DNA of 64,000 nt from Camelus ferus (GCF_009834535.1 NC_045696.1:91204001-91268000); one strand, 5' to 3'; shown: positions 10,499-24,393, counted from the first letter of the stretch. Made by a program: numbers and translations. Notes: a model not told the origin generated them from the sequence alone.

Positions 10499-12262
10499 AC
10501 ATTGAAAATCTACAAGGCCTTTCTAACCTATTCACATCTTTCCCTCTCCACTCAAAGGACACCAAATACTAAAGGAATAGCTTTATAAAAGTCAAACCAA
10601 ATTGGATCCAGTTATCAAGTCTTCTCTTAACACAGAAACCCAGTTTTTCATGAGTCTGGAAACTATGTTCCAGCAAAATGTGAAGATGCCCAAAGGTGAG
10701 AACTGATCTTAGGGTCTGATGAAAGGCATTAGACCGTGGATACTCATTCATGCCTAAGTATCCTCAATCTCTACCAGGGCAGTGCTTGGCATTTTCTAAA
10801 GAGAACAGCAAACCACTGAAATGTACAGGTTTTCTTCTAGTCTCTAGTTTCTGGTGGGGAAATCTAACTCTTTAAGAGTGAAAGTCTTATAACCAAAGTG
10901 AAAAATGAAGGTTGATATTTAGAGCTACTTAGTATTCAATGGCATAACTTCCCAAATACACACAAATTTAATGTACTTTTGTTTGAACCCATAATTACAA
11001 AATTTGTTTAAAGCTGTTATATTATCTTCTTATTTGACACAATATGGCACAATTTTGTTATAGGATTGAAAACCAAATAAGACAACTACAGCTGGTAGCA
11101 TTTCAAAGAAATATTCCCTTTAAGATGAAATCAATCCTGTTTCAAGTTTATTCCCCTGCTTTATGATTGAGGCTCTAGGGGTGTATTTTGCTGGAAAATG
11201 TCTTTTTGATTTTTTTAGAATTTCTTTAGATTAATATGCAGCTGTCATTGCAAGGCAAATCTAGCTCTGCTTTTATGTGTCCTCTTTCCCCAGGCTGCAA
11301 CTAAAGTCTACCTCTCCAGGAGAGACAGACCACTCATTTCTGATTGGGGCTTGATATTACAGGTCAGACAGCAAAGAATTCATCAACTCATCATCATTTA
11401 GAGCATGTCACACTTTGTCTATTTACACTGACTGAATACATTTTTTTGCTTAATATAAGTCCAATGTCTTGGTCTTAACATTTTGCTGCTGTCTAGTTTT
11501 AATTCTTGTTCACACACGCGCACGCCCCCCCACACACACACACTCACACCCACTGTGCACCATATCATACTATCATATTATTAAACCAGTTCTCAACATA
11601 GCGAGAAAATCCTGTGCTTTGATGTATTTCTTAGTATAGTTTCAGCATTTATTTAATTTTATTCAAGGCTTTCCTTCATGTCTTTCCTTCTGTTTCAATT
11701 TAAAGGGCAATGGACTTTCCTCTTGTGTTTTAACTACTGGCATGTTTTCAATTCTCTCTCTCTCTAATTCCTCTTTTCCAGATGCAAGCTTGTTTATCTA
11801 AGCATTTCAGACGTCTCTCTCAAAGATAGATTTATACCTTATCCCCATTATATGAGAACACAAGAAGGTACAGAATAAAACAAAAATCTCCTGAAACTTC
11901 TCTATAATACATGTTGGAAACCAAGCAATTGTTAAGACACCTAGGCAATCAAATCTAGCTGTCTGTCCGTTCCACAGCACGTGAAGGACACATCTTTCTG
12001 TTGACTCATTTAAAGAGGGAACATCTTCATTGCATCTCTTTAGATTGAATGTGGACTGTGACTCTTTGGACTGAACAGGTTGTATTGATGACAGAAAGCT
12101 TAAGAACTTTGTTTGCAAGAAATGAGAGCGTCTTTCCATGATAATAGTTAGCAATCTCAATAGAGCCAACTATTTGTCTTCTGCTCCTTTTAACACTTGA
12201 AAATAAATCTGGAAAACATGGATTCCCTTTAGTCAGTTATCAAGGGAAAAATCTTAAAACAC

Positions 12263-12485
12263 TAGGGTGGGGGCCAGCGCTCTACGGCCCACAGACCAGA
12301 TCCTTTCCTCCTGCTATCTTTGTAAATGTGGTTTTGTGGGGTGAGAGCCATGCCCCTCAGTTTACGTATTGTATGGATGATCATGCTACAGTAGCAGAGT
12401 TGAGTAGTTGAGACAGAGATTGTATGGCCCACAGAGACTGAAATACATACTATCTTGTCCTTTACAAAAAGTTTGTCAACCCCTG
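12263..12485. mobile_element. MER58A hAT-Charlie MITE
   Basis: CTACGGCCCACAG..GCAGAGTTGAGTAGTTGAGACAGAGA..ATGGCCCACA..CCTTTACAAAAAGTTTGTCAACCCCTG. Confidence 0.85.
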
Positions 12486-12694
12486 ATACATTTGTTCAGA
12501 GGTGGTGATATTTTAAAGCCTTTCTTTCCTAAGAAGAGGGTCAGTAGATCTTGCTCATGGGTCTAAGAAAACGTTTATCAGAGGTGTTGTTTTAAAGGCT
12601 CCACAACAGGGCAGATTGTTCACAAATGATTCCTGCCTAGAATTTATAAAGATGCCTCATATTATTCAACCAGGACAATAAAATGCCTCTAAAT

Positions 12695-12830
12695 TAGGGT
12701 GAGCATATAATTTATCATCCAAACCTGAGTGCTTTAGAAACTAAAAGGGACACTATTAATAATTAGACTGAAACAGCAGGCATAATAAACTAGGGCTGTC
12801 CCAGACAAACCAAGACGTGTGGTCACCCTA
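12695..12830. mobile_element. MER94-like hAT-Blackjack MITE
   Basis: Terminal inverted repeats TAGGGTGAGCATA / TGTGGTCACCCTA, ~135 bp, internal ATAATTTATCATCCAAAC. Confidence 0.8.
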
Positions 12831-13373
12831 AAAGTGTGCATCGCTATGCTAGATTTGGTAAAATCACAATGTGCAAGTTAAATGCGTATGATTTTAAGTT
12901 TATTTCTTCCACTGAAACATATTCATTATCAGAGCCTTCTTTGTAATTGGAATTTTTACCTAACTGATGAGAGTCAAATGGGCGTTCCCAGTTCATTTGG
13001 GAAGTCAACATAAGATCCTTGGACCATCAGAAAACATTATGCCATAATCAATATAGCTTTTGAAGGGAAAATTGAGCTTGAATAATTCTTTCTATGATTG
13101 CCCACCTGGACAATGAGGTAGTAACAGATATAAGTTATCTTGGTTTTTACTGACACTTTCAGTTGTGTCCCAAATGATTGCCAAGCTATAAAAGAATGAC
13201 TTTGACCTTTCTGTCATGCTCTTCAAGGGCAATGTACTCAGATTCCACTGATCCATACCAGCATGGTGTGAGAAGAAAGGAGACAGAGAGAACCAAGGGT
13301 ACAAAGATCCTCAGATTCATTGCTTAGAATTCAAGAATCTTAAATCTTTATTCCTTCTTTGCCTAAACAACTC

Positions 13374-13419
13374 TAAATATAAATATAAATATAAATATAA
13401 ATATAAATATATATATATA
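13374..13419. repeat. (TAAATA)n grading into (TA)n microsatellite
   Basis: Read directly from the sequence. Confidence 0.95.
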
Positions 13420-13619
13420 GCCTATGATCATTATTGTGATTCATTTACATTTTACAGTAAGGTCTCTAATCAAAGATTTATTTCACCTCAAAAGAAGAGA
13501 TTGGAAACTACCATATGTTGGAATCTTTAAAATTATCTCTCTGATAATTCTAGGATCTGTATAGATAAAGAATGTTATAATGTGTCTCTTCTAGTAGTGT
13601 TCATAACAAGCAACATTCA

Positions 13620-13850
13620 CATGGTGCTTCATTTCTTACAAAGTACTTTAAATGTATTCTCCTACCTGATTCTCACTAACTCCAGTAAGTCAGTAAGGCA
13701 GGATTATTATTACGCCTGTTTGTTGTGGATAAAACAGAGGCTCAGAGAGATTAAATGACTTGTTCAAGGTCACACAACTAATGGTACTAATACCAGGGTT
13801 GGTGTAGGCCTTCAAACTACAAATCCTAGGCCATTCAACTCTACCATATT
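13620..13850 (-). mobile_element. MIR SINE
   Basis: AAACAGAGGCTCAGAGAGATTAAATGACTTGTTCAAGGTCACACAACTA core. Confidence 0.85.
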
Positions 13851-14159
13851 GTTTTCTAAACTGTTATGAATTAGTAATATTATTAATAATGCTGAAAATA
13901 TTACTTCAAATAGAAATGACCTTGACCTGCTGAGGAAGAGACCAAAAGAAGCATGAAACTTAACAGAGGCTAGTTATAAATACTAAAGGAAAAATATAAA
14001 TATTGCAAGTTAAGTGTTAACCATCACTGTAGTTTTACTGTAGTCTAAGTCAACATGATAACAGTGATGAAAAGAAACATAATATGTAAGTGGTTAAGGA
14101 ATATACACTGATTATTTATGAGCTAGGATTAAAGTTTAATACATATTTTATCCACTTGA

Positions 14160-14680
14160 GGTTATCTTCTGGGCCTGGCTGCATGTAATAGAAACTGCCC
14201 ACGTAACAATGATCTAAACAAGATAGAAGTTTATATCTTCAACAAAACAAGTCTGGATGTAGGCAGGTGAGGCCTTCATAGACCTCAAAAAGTCACCCAA
14301 ACCCCTTTCAGCTTTTTATTCTGACATCCCTACCTGACTTGCATCCCTGGAGTTGAAGACAAAAGCAGAAGTTCCAGCTATAACATCCATGTTCCAAGCA
14401 ACAGGAAAGGAAGGGAGAAAGAAGGAGGGAGGGAAGGAAGGAAGGAACGAACGAATAAGGAAGGAAAGAAGAAAGGGAAGATGCTCATTCTCTTTTTGAG
14501 GAGACCTTCTGAAAGAAGACACTTGATGCTTTGGTTTATATTCATTGGCAGATTTTTTCATATGGCTATATATAGCTACAAGAAAGGCTAGCAAATGTAG
14601 TCTTCAGCTGGGCTAGCTCAAAATTAAGGCCTTTTTATTAGAAGGAAGGGAAGGATGTAGTTGGGATAGGCAAATAACAA
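14160..14680 (-). mobile_element. Old MaLR LTR (MLT1J-like) with an internal (GGAA)n expansion
   Basis: GGCTGCATGTAATAGAAAC..AAACAAGATAGAAGTTTAT..GTTCCAGCTATAACATCCATGTTCCAAGCA..CATTGGCAG..AAATGTAGTCTT. Confidence 0.7.
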
Positions 14681-17600
14681 TCTCTTTCATGCTCTCCTTT
14701 AAAAAGAATGGAGTAACTCGGGAGTTTTAGAGCATGGGGGGAAAGAATGTGTTGTGTTTTTTCAACTTGCACTGGGCTCTTTACATATGTTATACAGTAA
14801 CCCTGAGGTCAGCTTCACTAGTGCATATTACAGAGATAAAAACAAAGCTGCAGAGAGATTCCAGCAACTTGTTCCAGTTTATTATACACTTAGCCAATAT
14901 GGTATGGAAACCCATTTTCTTTCCACTATGCATCCTTGTCTCCATAGTGTTTATGATGAAAAATTAGTCGAATGAAGAAAAAAATTGAGGGAAATTTAAT
15001 TACTTGGTTAAGAGAACAGGGTTTAGAAGGGGCATGTGTTCATTCATTCATTTGACAAACATTAGTGGCTCTTTCTATGTGACAGGCTCCTTCTGTCTTC
15101 AGGTAGAGTATTGCTTGCTCTTCAAGAGAAGCCAAAATATTAATGCAAGGGAATCTGAATCTTTGAAGTGGAGGATTTGTAGACCATCTCATCTGTCATT
15201 TTCATTTAGGAGAAAAGGAGAAGACAAGATACGATGTGGTCATTATCTTCTCTTTCTCAGAGTAAATGGATCCCTCTTTAAATTAGAGCAGATGCACTGT
15301 GTCCCAGGATCATGTGATGTTGAAATAGATCACTGAGAGAGGTTATGGAATCTGAAATCTTGGAGAGTTTCAAGGAGAAACTAGTAAAGTTCTGTTCTGG
15401 AAGGTTCCCATTTTCTTGAACCAAATGACTGCTTCAGACTCCTTGAAGTTCTGTGATGCCATGAATGTAGGCATTACAATGTCACTAAACCCTATTTGGG
15501 TTAAAAGTAGGAGTTTAAACCATGGCTTAGTGTATTCAAGCACATGGCTAGAAAGATATTTTCAAATAGAAAAAGACTAAAATAGGAATTACTTCCGTGT
15601 CTTGTTTATAACAAATAGATTGCTGGAAGTAAGAAAACTACATTAAGTGACTAGAATTTCATTCATTAAGGAGATTTCCTGCCTCTTCTCATTCTTTGCT
15701 TGGCTCTGTTTTTTTAAGCATTTAATTATAAAGGCTTTATTTTACTGTAGTTATCACAGTTGTTCAGTTTAGACAGAAGTTGACGATCCTGTGTGTAATT
15801 TCGTGGCCTTGGGCATCCTATTACTATAAAAGTCATCTCTGGAGTTGGCAATTTACCAAACTGACTTTCCACCAAGAACGGCAGAGCAGGGGTGGCAGTA
15901 GCAAATTGTAGCAGTGGTAGGAGCAGCAGCTGCTGCTAAAAGCAGCAGAAATGGTATGCCAAGAGAGCGGAAATTCAATCTGTGTATTTATATTAAAGGG
16001 ACATAAGCAGGTCACGCCAAACATAGAGTCACCCTTTCCTCAACATTCAAATCAGGCATAATACCCAAGATGCTATGATTGGAATCTGATTAATAAATTT
16101 TTAAGAAGCCCGAGTCTATCTCAATGTTCCTGTTTATGTAACTGTTGTTTTTTTATTGTTCTGGCATTGGCCACTTTACTGAATGTAAATGGATGTGAGG
16201 AAGAAAGGGGGGAGGGAGAGGGTGGGGAGGGAGGAAGGAAAGAAAGAAAAAGAAAGGGAAAGAAAAGGAAAAGAAGAATTACCAAAATTTATAACTTTTG
16301 ATTAGACGCGTTTTTACTGAACTGAATGCTTCTGTTGTTTCCCCTCCTTAAAAGTGTGGTTAACCTGTCTTTCTCCACAGCTGGAGCCACACAGGGAGGG
16401 AAAGTGACTGTGCATGTAGACAGAGGACTGCTACTTTAAATTGTGTACACCAAAGTCCTCTCAAGTTCTTCTCACTTCCTATCAGTTTGATTTTCCTATT
16501 TCCCATCTTCCTGCCTTCAGGACAAGTGCAGAAAGATGGCCGGGGCAATGACAATGCCAAATAGCAAGTCTGAGTTTAACAAGGTTTGAGAATTTGAATT
16601 TATGACAGGTGACATCAGCTTATGAAATCAGTGTTTGTTATTTTCAAATCAGATTCATTGAGAAATATATTGGAGTCACAAGACATTGAAAACAAAGTAT
16701 ATTTGATTCATTTTAAATAGGAAAAAATGAGATCCCAGGCATTTTTGTAAACATGCCTTCAAAATCCAGTAAAACGACTTTGAATCCATGTTTGAAGAGA
16801 TGAAAAACTGGAAACCACTTACTTTTTCTTCTTGGTTGAGTAATAAAATATGGCAGTTAAGTAAACTGCTAATATTTATTTTAATTTTGGTCTAATATTT
16901 TTGGAGAAGGGGCAAAGATGGTAAAATTGATGGAATGATCACATCTGTTTTTCCCCACCCCAGTTATTTCCAAGTTAAGTTTGATTATTTCCAAGTTAAG
17001 TTTGATGTTCCCAAAGCCCCATCCCGCTTCCTTACTTCCTAAGAAAAGGTGTGATTACTCTCCCAGGAATTGACCATTGTGGGTGCTCCATGAGATCTCT
17101 TCTTAACATGTTTGTTTTTGTATTTTGAGGAAAAAATATTACCCACAGAAATGAAATATTGACTCATTTCCGAACTCCCTTATTTTTCTGTTCTTTTTCT
17201 TGGATTTTATCCGTTTGGATTAAGAAGGCAAAAACATTAGGGAGATGGTGTTACTCAACTGAAAAAAAAAGGCTAATGGTGACTATGATCTCATATTACC
17301 AGAGTTTAGCAGAGAGCTACTTTAATATGACAGCTAATATAACTCATTGATGTGATTACTCAAAAAGGAGAATGCCGTTGGTGTCTAGTTACATCCCAGT
17401 GGTTACAATTAGATAGGCCAGATGGATGGGGTCCAGCAAGACAGACTGACAAACTTGCAGACAGGTCAGCAGGGGCATGACTGGGGCAAGGTGGACTTCA
17501 TGAATCAGGCAAAAGAAGAAGTGGCCTAATTAATTATAGGCTTTTAGAGATTCTTAAATAGGATGTGGATAGAAAGAACTTGCTTTGGGGTCTATTTGCC

Positions 17601-17867
17601 AACTCTAAGCCAAATATTTTGAATAAGTGGTTTCCTATAATGGATGATGACTACTGACTATTAAAACTATCTTAGGTTGAGTTTAAAAATAATAAAACCG
17701 AAAGCAAGGCCTCCTTAGAAAAGCAGGTGACTGTTCTTCGAGCAAGTCTGTGGTTGTAAAATTACCCTGCTTCAAGCAGCAAACAGTATGGCCAGCGAAC
17801 AGAAGGGCTTGACGGGACCTTAAAGTTCAGCATGTCTGAATCTTTCATTATATATATTCGACGACCT

Positions 17868-18360
17868 CATCAGACAGAGCTCCCACAGGGTGTAGAAGGT
17901 ACATCGGGGCGGTTTAATTAAAGGGAATTTTTTGATGGAACTGTTTCAGAGGTCTAGGCAGAGTTAGGGATGTTGAAGCTCTCTGGGACTAACCACAAGA
18001 GAAGGCTTTAACTACTTAGTTTAAGGGGCAAAAGAGAGCTGTTACCAGAACCTGGCAAGAGCAGATGTGGACGGAGGTCACCTAATGGGAGCAGCAACCA
18101 TAGGGAAACACAGCCACTGGCAAACCACTGCCCCTGAGGGAAGGAGGGAGGTGGGGAAAGAGAGAGATTGAGAGAGGGGAAATTATAGGATCAATACCCC
18201 AACCTCTTTCCTTGCACCCTCTGATCTACAGGTAATTCTTTTTTGCCAAACCTAACGAGAAGCCAGAGGGTAAGAAATGCACCACAGAGGTCGGCTCCCA
18301 GGGACCACAGCAGGCCAGAGAACAAAGCTAGGGGGAGATCAGTGGAGAATCACCAGCTCA
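17868..18360. mobile_element. Ancient ERV LTR, LTR78-like
   Basis: GTTACCAGAACC..CAGCCACTG..AATACCCCAACCTCT..CCCTCTGATCT..CCTAACGAGAAGCCAGAGGGTAAG. Confidence 0.55.
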
Positions 18361-20784
18361 GCAGCGAGAGAGGAGAAATGACATCCCAAAGGCCTGCTGG
18401 TTTAGGGCTAAGACTAGAATCTAGTCTTTTGATTCTTACACACTGAGGTTCTTTGCATGAACTACCATGCTCTCACCTACAGATAACCAGACCCTCCAGG
18501 ACTAAGATGAGTTGCAAAGAATGTCAGAGATGACCCTTTGGATGCTCTTGCTGAGAGTAGCTAATCTGGGGAGATTCTGGTTTCTCTAACAACAGATGTT
18601 TGAGCTTTACACCTGAGAGGTTTGAGGGGTATGTACTACTGGGACCCCAGAATTTCAGAGGCAGCTGTTCCTTCAGAGCCAGACATAAGGCAGCCATCAG
18701 CGGCATGGGGGCTGGGGTGTCAAGTTATGAATTAATAGAACTGCTTTTACAAATCACACGCAAGGGTTAGGATTTCCAAATAAGCATTGTACCCTTCCGG
18801 GTGGTTCTGTGAGAAGCCACCATTGTTGCACTGATTCTGACATTTCTTTTGACTTCTCTTTGGCGATGATCTTTGAAGCCAATCTATGTGTCATGTAAGA
18901 AAACTCAGTGTCTCAAGATATTACTCACTAGCTGCAAGTAAACTTGTTTTTCTAACTAACTTCAACATTATCTATCAAACTTGACTTGACAAAATTTAAG
19001 TCCAAAAATCAAACCCACCTTCAGAATACAAAGATTTATCACACCTGAGATAGATCAAAAGCATAACAGCAAGTTCGAAAGTAGTTTACAAAGTGGAAGC
19101 TCAAAAATTGTTGAGCAATGACAACCTTTGGGAGCAATTAAAATAACTGCCTCTCAAAGTATTCAGGTTGTGATGGGCAAGGTTAATTTGATTATGAACA
19201 GCCCAGTATTATGTGTAAAAATATGTCACAATGTTACATAATACATGAATTGGCAAGATTTGCCTTAGAGAAGAATTACAGCTAAGGAAAATACTATGTA
19301 TGTACATGGACAGAGATGGAAGGGAAAAGGAAAAATGAAAGCATGATTTGTTGGGAAGTGGAATTACGAATGACTTTCCTTTTCATTTGAAAAGGTCTGC
19401 TTTTGTTAAACATTGCTTTGCAATATTTACAATTATAAAACCATAAAATGGAAAGATATATTGTCTTACAGAGACCTTTCATAAATGTTATGAAATGTGC
19501 TGAAACACAGAAAGAAGTGTGACCATGTGGATACAGAGCATGAGGGTGTATACTGCATACGTAATGCTTGTACTTTGCTCACATATAGCTATATCCTTAT
19601 TCTTATTGATTTCAGTCGAAGAAATATTGCATATGTTTGCTCTAATTCTTTTCCCATACAGACTTTACAAAGCAATGGAAAAAAAGAGATGCTTAAGATC
19701 TTAGGGAGGGGTTCTTGCATACTGCAAACAGATTATGGAAAACATCATTTGGAAGAGGGAATAAATGGAAAAGTTGAAATTAATGTTGACCAATTAAGCT
19801 TGGGCACAGAACTCATTATGTAAGCATAGTTCCTGGAAACCCAATAAATTTGATAGTATTTATGAGCTAGTATGTTTTAATTCTTATTACATATTGACTT
19901 CATCAACATCAGGGTTATCAACTTTCTGGAATAATTGCTGCCTCCACATGCCTAAAATGTTAGAATTTTAGAAAATTGGTGAAGTGGCGTAAGGAACACA
20001 GAAAGGAGAAAGATTTAAATGTTCGTTAAAAGGTGCTCTTTGATTTCTTAAATGTGACCACATGTATTTGTTAGAGGAGGAAGAGGTTTAGAGATCCATG
20101 ATGCAGTTTTATCATCTGTCTTCAGCAAGTTTTGCACTTCATTAAATTGCTTAGAAATCTTCCAGCAGTCCTTCCAATATGTAACTCAGATATTGATTTT
20201 ATTGACTATTGGTTTTATTGTTTTGTCATTTTTAAGCCAAAAAAAGAGTTCAGAAGGTTTTATTTATTTGTTTTATTTCTTTCTGTAAGCAGATGTTGCT
20301 GTTTTTAGAATCTCGTTGTTCCTTTGAAAAACATGTGTAGCTTAGCCTCCTAACTCAAAGATTGGGAGTGTCTACAAAATTGAAAACATCCCATTGCACC
20401 ATATCAGCCAGATTCAGGCAAATCAACTCCCCATTTATAATATAAATTTACAAATACCAAGTAAAGCCAGTAATTCAGTGCGACTCTGTCCAGACGCCCT
20501 GTGACCTGTCCTGTGTCACCCCTTCAATTCTCCCCACTCATATGGAGATGCCAGAGCTTGAACCTTGGGACACATTAGTGGGGTGAAAAGAGGTTTGCTT
20601 ATTGTCAAGTTAAGTGTAGCTCATGCCGGTATGAGATCAGGTAGGAAGAGATGAATGTGTTTAATAATTAATTTTCAGGTGGTAAATCTTACACGGATAT
20701 TGACTTGACTTTTGAAAGGCAAATGTGAATGCTCTTCTCTGGTGGAGCAGATGAAGTGGGACTATGGCAGCGACAGTAATAAGG

Positions 20785-21000
20785 GGAGGAGCATGCATGG
20801 CTTTGGGGGGTCATACCAGGGTCCAGTCCTGACACTACCACTCACTGCTGGGTGCACTTGAGCACAAAATCCCTCTGAGCCTGATTTTCTTCATCCATAA
20901 ATATGGGAATAATAATAATAATACCTCCCAGGGAAGTTGTGAGGCTCAAATAAGATAGCTGGTGTAAATTACCTGGCACATGTAGGTGCAAATAACTATT
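20785..21000 (+). mobile_element. MIR SINE
   Basis: CTCTGAGCCTGATTTTCTTCATCCATAAATATGGGAATAATAATA..GTTGTGAGGCTCAAATAAGATA. Confidence 0.85.
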
Positions 21001-21759
21001 TTAAAATAAATAATAAACAGTCTTTCTGTTCTTTCAGATTTTAGGATTAATTAGGTTATTCCACACACAAATATTGATCCCAAATAGTTTTCCAGCTGGG
21101 TTTCCCAGAGACTACCTGGATAACAATTGTATTTTTTTCTCTGCTGTACCTGTTCAGAACCTACTCTGATGTTTTCTGCATATTAGGATCAAGCTGGGTT
21201 TGGGGAACTCAGCTGTTTCTCAGAATGATGTTAAACAAAAGATACCACCAGCTCCCCAAAAGATGGAGTCGGGGTGATCCAGAGTAGGAACGAGTTCTAG
21301 GATGAAGCCATCAAATGCTCTTTCCCTTGGGAAGCCATTTGCAAGGCACAGGCTGGAGAGGGTCCAAGTGAATGCAGGAGTGGCAGCCAGAGGGTTGGAA
21401 CACAAAGGAACAGGGCAGAAAAGGCTTGGAGATGGATATTTAAGAGTTATCCAGATTGGGATGAAGCTGAGACAGGCAGTACCTGCTCAGAGGATGAATG
21501 TTCTCTGGGAAGAGAGCAGAGGGGACTGAACCATCCTCAGGATTTTCACACTGAAATAGCTGGATTCGTTCCCATGTATTTTGAGCTGTCTAGCCCTCAC
21601 ACAGTTCCCAGTCATTAAAGCCTTCATATCCCAGTATGGAAAAGTATTACAAGTCCATGAGTGAATAAAAGCTCTCATCATTCTTTCACAATAACTCATT
21701 TTTGTATTCTAAGAGGAATTTAATGAGATATTTAACAAAGTTGAAGAAATGATTTAAGA

Positions 21760-21950
21760 AGGCCTGTGACCTGTGTTCCATCACTGCTACCTCCTACCCA
21801 TGGGCTTTAGGCAGAGGCTGACATCTCTGAGCCTCAGTTTTCTTATCTGTAAAGTGGGATGAAAAGAAAACCTACAACATTAGGTTGTTAGGATTAAATA
21901 AATTAATATATTCTGTAGGGCTTGGAGCTTCATAGATATTTGATAAATGT
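21760..21950 (+). mobile_element. MIR SINE
   Basis: TCTCTGAGCCTCAGTTTTCTTATCTGTAAAGTGGGAT..GTTGTTAGGATTAAATAA. Confidence 0.8.
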
Positions 21951-23194
21951 AGAATAGTGTTGAAAAGCCACTTCTCATGTCCTCAGCTCATTGATGCCAG
22001 CTGATAGAAGGTGCTGATGACAGCATTAGCTCTGGTGCTCTGCGGCTTTGTGTGAGAGAGTAAATCAAACCTAACTAACGAACTAACCAACAGCTAACTT
22101 AACTAATTGCCGAAAACCTGGCTTCAGCTTTTCTTAGGAAGAGGACAAAAGTCCCTATCCTCCCTGTCTTCCCCCAGAACCCGCGTATGTGCCCACACGC
22201 TCAACACCCTCGCTGGCATCTTCTACTTTGGCATGATTCTAAATCCAAATCTTCTTATGTGGCTAGGATATTTATTTCATTATGTCTTTTTCACCAAAGT
22301 TCAGCTCCATTCTGAATATGTACCCATGAGTTCTTCTGACTTGTCAATCAATAAATGCATATTAAGGATCAGCTGTGAACCGGATGAAGACCAAGAGGTA
22401 GAAGAGACAGGACCACAGTCAAGGAGCCTACAGACGCTGACTAGCATTCAGTCAAATGTTACAAGTGAGGAAGATGCTATGAAAATAGTGCAGAGGGTGC
22501 TTGATGAGAGGAAGGTGCTCTCTGTATGGCAGCATGGTCAGAGGGTTTCGTCAGCCTTAGGAACAGCCTCTCCCCAAGTCAGCTTTAAGGAAAAGCAGAG
22601 TCTCAGTGCATGGGACTGCATTGAAAACAAGCTCACCCTGCATCCTAGGTCTCTGCCTTTTGATTGGACCCAAGGCGGGAACTGAGCATAGAAAATAGCC
22701 TTGGTCCATAAATCAGAGACAATAGCTTGGTGCCGTGTCTTCATATCTTTTATGGAAAAATGCTTGTACCTCCCACATGTTTTCCATAGACTAGCAGGAT
22801 TTGTACACTCACTTTATTTCCAACTCTTATCCTCACGTTGGATTTTACTGCTGTCACATTCTTATTAAATCACTGCAGAGTTTGCTGCATTAGAGCTCAG
22901 GAGGAAAGGGATTACAACGTAGAGGACAGCCTTGCAATTTCCAACAGGAGCTGTCTGAATGAACACATTGTTTCTTACTATTTCTCTGGAAAGATCACAC
23001 ATTATAATCACTATTTACAGTATACTGTGTAAAATGATCTTTCTTTGTTTTCTACAATGGATACTGTGTCATTTAATTAATTTAGACTAAAGAAACGCAA
23101 TCAGCATTCAGTAACAACATTCCCTTAGGGGATATAAATGAAAAATTTTCCATACCCTACACAGCAGTTAGAGCAAAGGAAGTGCTGATATTTA

Positions 23195-23640
23195 TTTATG
23201 AACATCAGTGCTCATAGTTGCAAGCAACAGAACTCTAGCTGATTGCAGCAGTGAGGCATATATGAAAAGGGTATGGAGTACTTTACACATCACCATAAGG
23301 GCTGGAGAAACACAGTTAAGTAGCCAGAGACAACAGCCACCATCTTGCCACAGAGCAAGCCTGATAGGAATGAGCATAGCTGCACCCACCAAGCACAAGA
23401 TGATGGCACGTAAGGCTCAGGCCACTTCATCCTAGAACATGGTGACCCTGCAACCACCAACCACCATTGCCACCAGGGAAAGGATTCATGCAGTGCTCTC
23501 TTCTCTGCATCTTTGGCTTCTGATTCTGTTTGGTATGCTTGAGTCTGACTCTTGGTGGCTAGCTCATGACCTCACACCCTCTCTGCAAGTGAGGCTAGAA
23601 AAGCAAAGAAATGGCAGTTTCTACTTTTAGAGTTGGGATG
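23195..23640 (-). mobile_element. Ancient MaLR LTR (MLT1M/N/O-like)
   Basis: GTTGCAAGCAACAGAACTCTAGCTGAT..CTGCAAGTGAGGCTAGAAAAGCAA; degenerate. Confidence 0.5.
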
Positions 23641-24393
23641 GGTTCTTCCTGTCTCTGAAACTCAAAAGGCAGGGAAGTCCCTACATGTATGAAGCACTTG
23701 GCAGAAAAAAAAAAGATAAATGTCCCCCCAAATCAGCATTGCCAGCATAGGACCTCCAGTGCCCTCAGTCATAGCTACAGAAACATGTCAGGCCCTCCCC
23801 TGGAGCTACACAGACTGTCTAGCAGCTTGGCCCTCCTTCAAGAAAGGGATAAATCACTATTAGTAGGGGTAGATGATTCTCCCCCCGCCACCAAATGCTG
23901 TACTTGATCAAACTTAGCTGAATGGAATCTGTTGCTTTTGTGTCTGAATTCTTCATTTTGAGCTGATCTTGATCAGATATGAAATTGAGTAGAATTTCCT
24001 ATTATGCTTTTGTCTTTTTTTTTTTTTAACTAAGAACAGCATGTTCTTTTGATGAGCCCAGGATGCTAAGACCTGGATGTGCAGCCATGATTTGAAAGAA
24101 AACTAAGAAAATATGATTCTTCTTAGAATATTTATTTGACCCCATTAGAGCCCCAGCAACAATTGGTTTGGAACACAGTGGAGACAAAAAATAAATACAG
24201 GGCAAAGAGAAATCTTGGCAGTGCGTAAAAGGACCCGATAGCCTACCAGGCATTTATAGAGCTGAAGTCCAAGATGCCAAGATAGGAGGTAATCAAATAA
24301 ACAGCTGCCTCTTCTGTAATTTCATTTTAAATTCTCATTCTATCCACACAATTTTTCCCCCATACTGTTCGGTGCATGCTTGGGATGATATGG

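Noticed and set aside
22107..22685. 192-aa ORF
   Set aside because: TTG start, crosses an L2-like remnant (~22340-22530), and has no recognisable homology.
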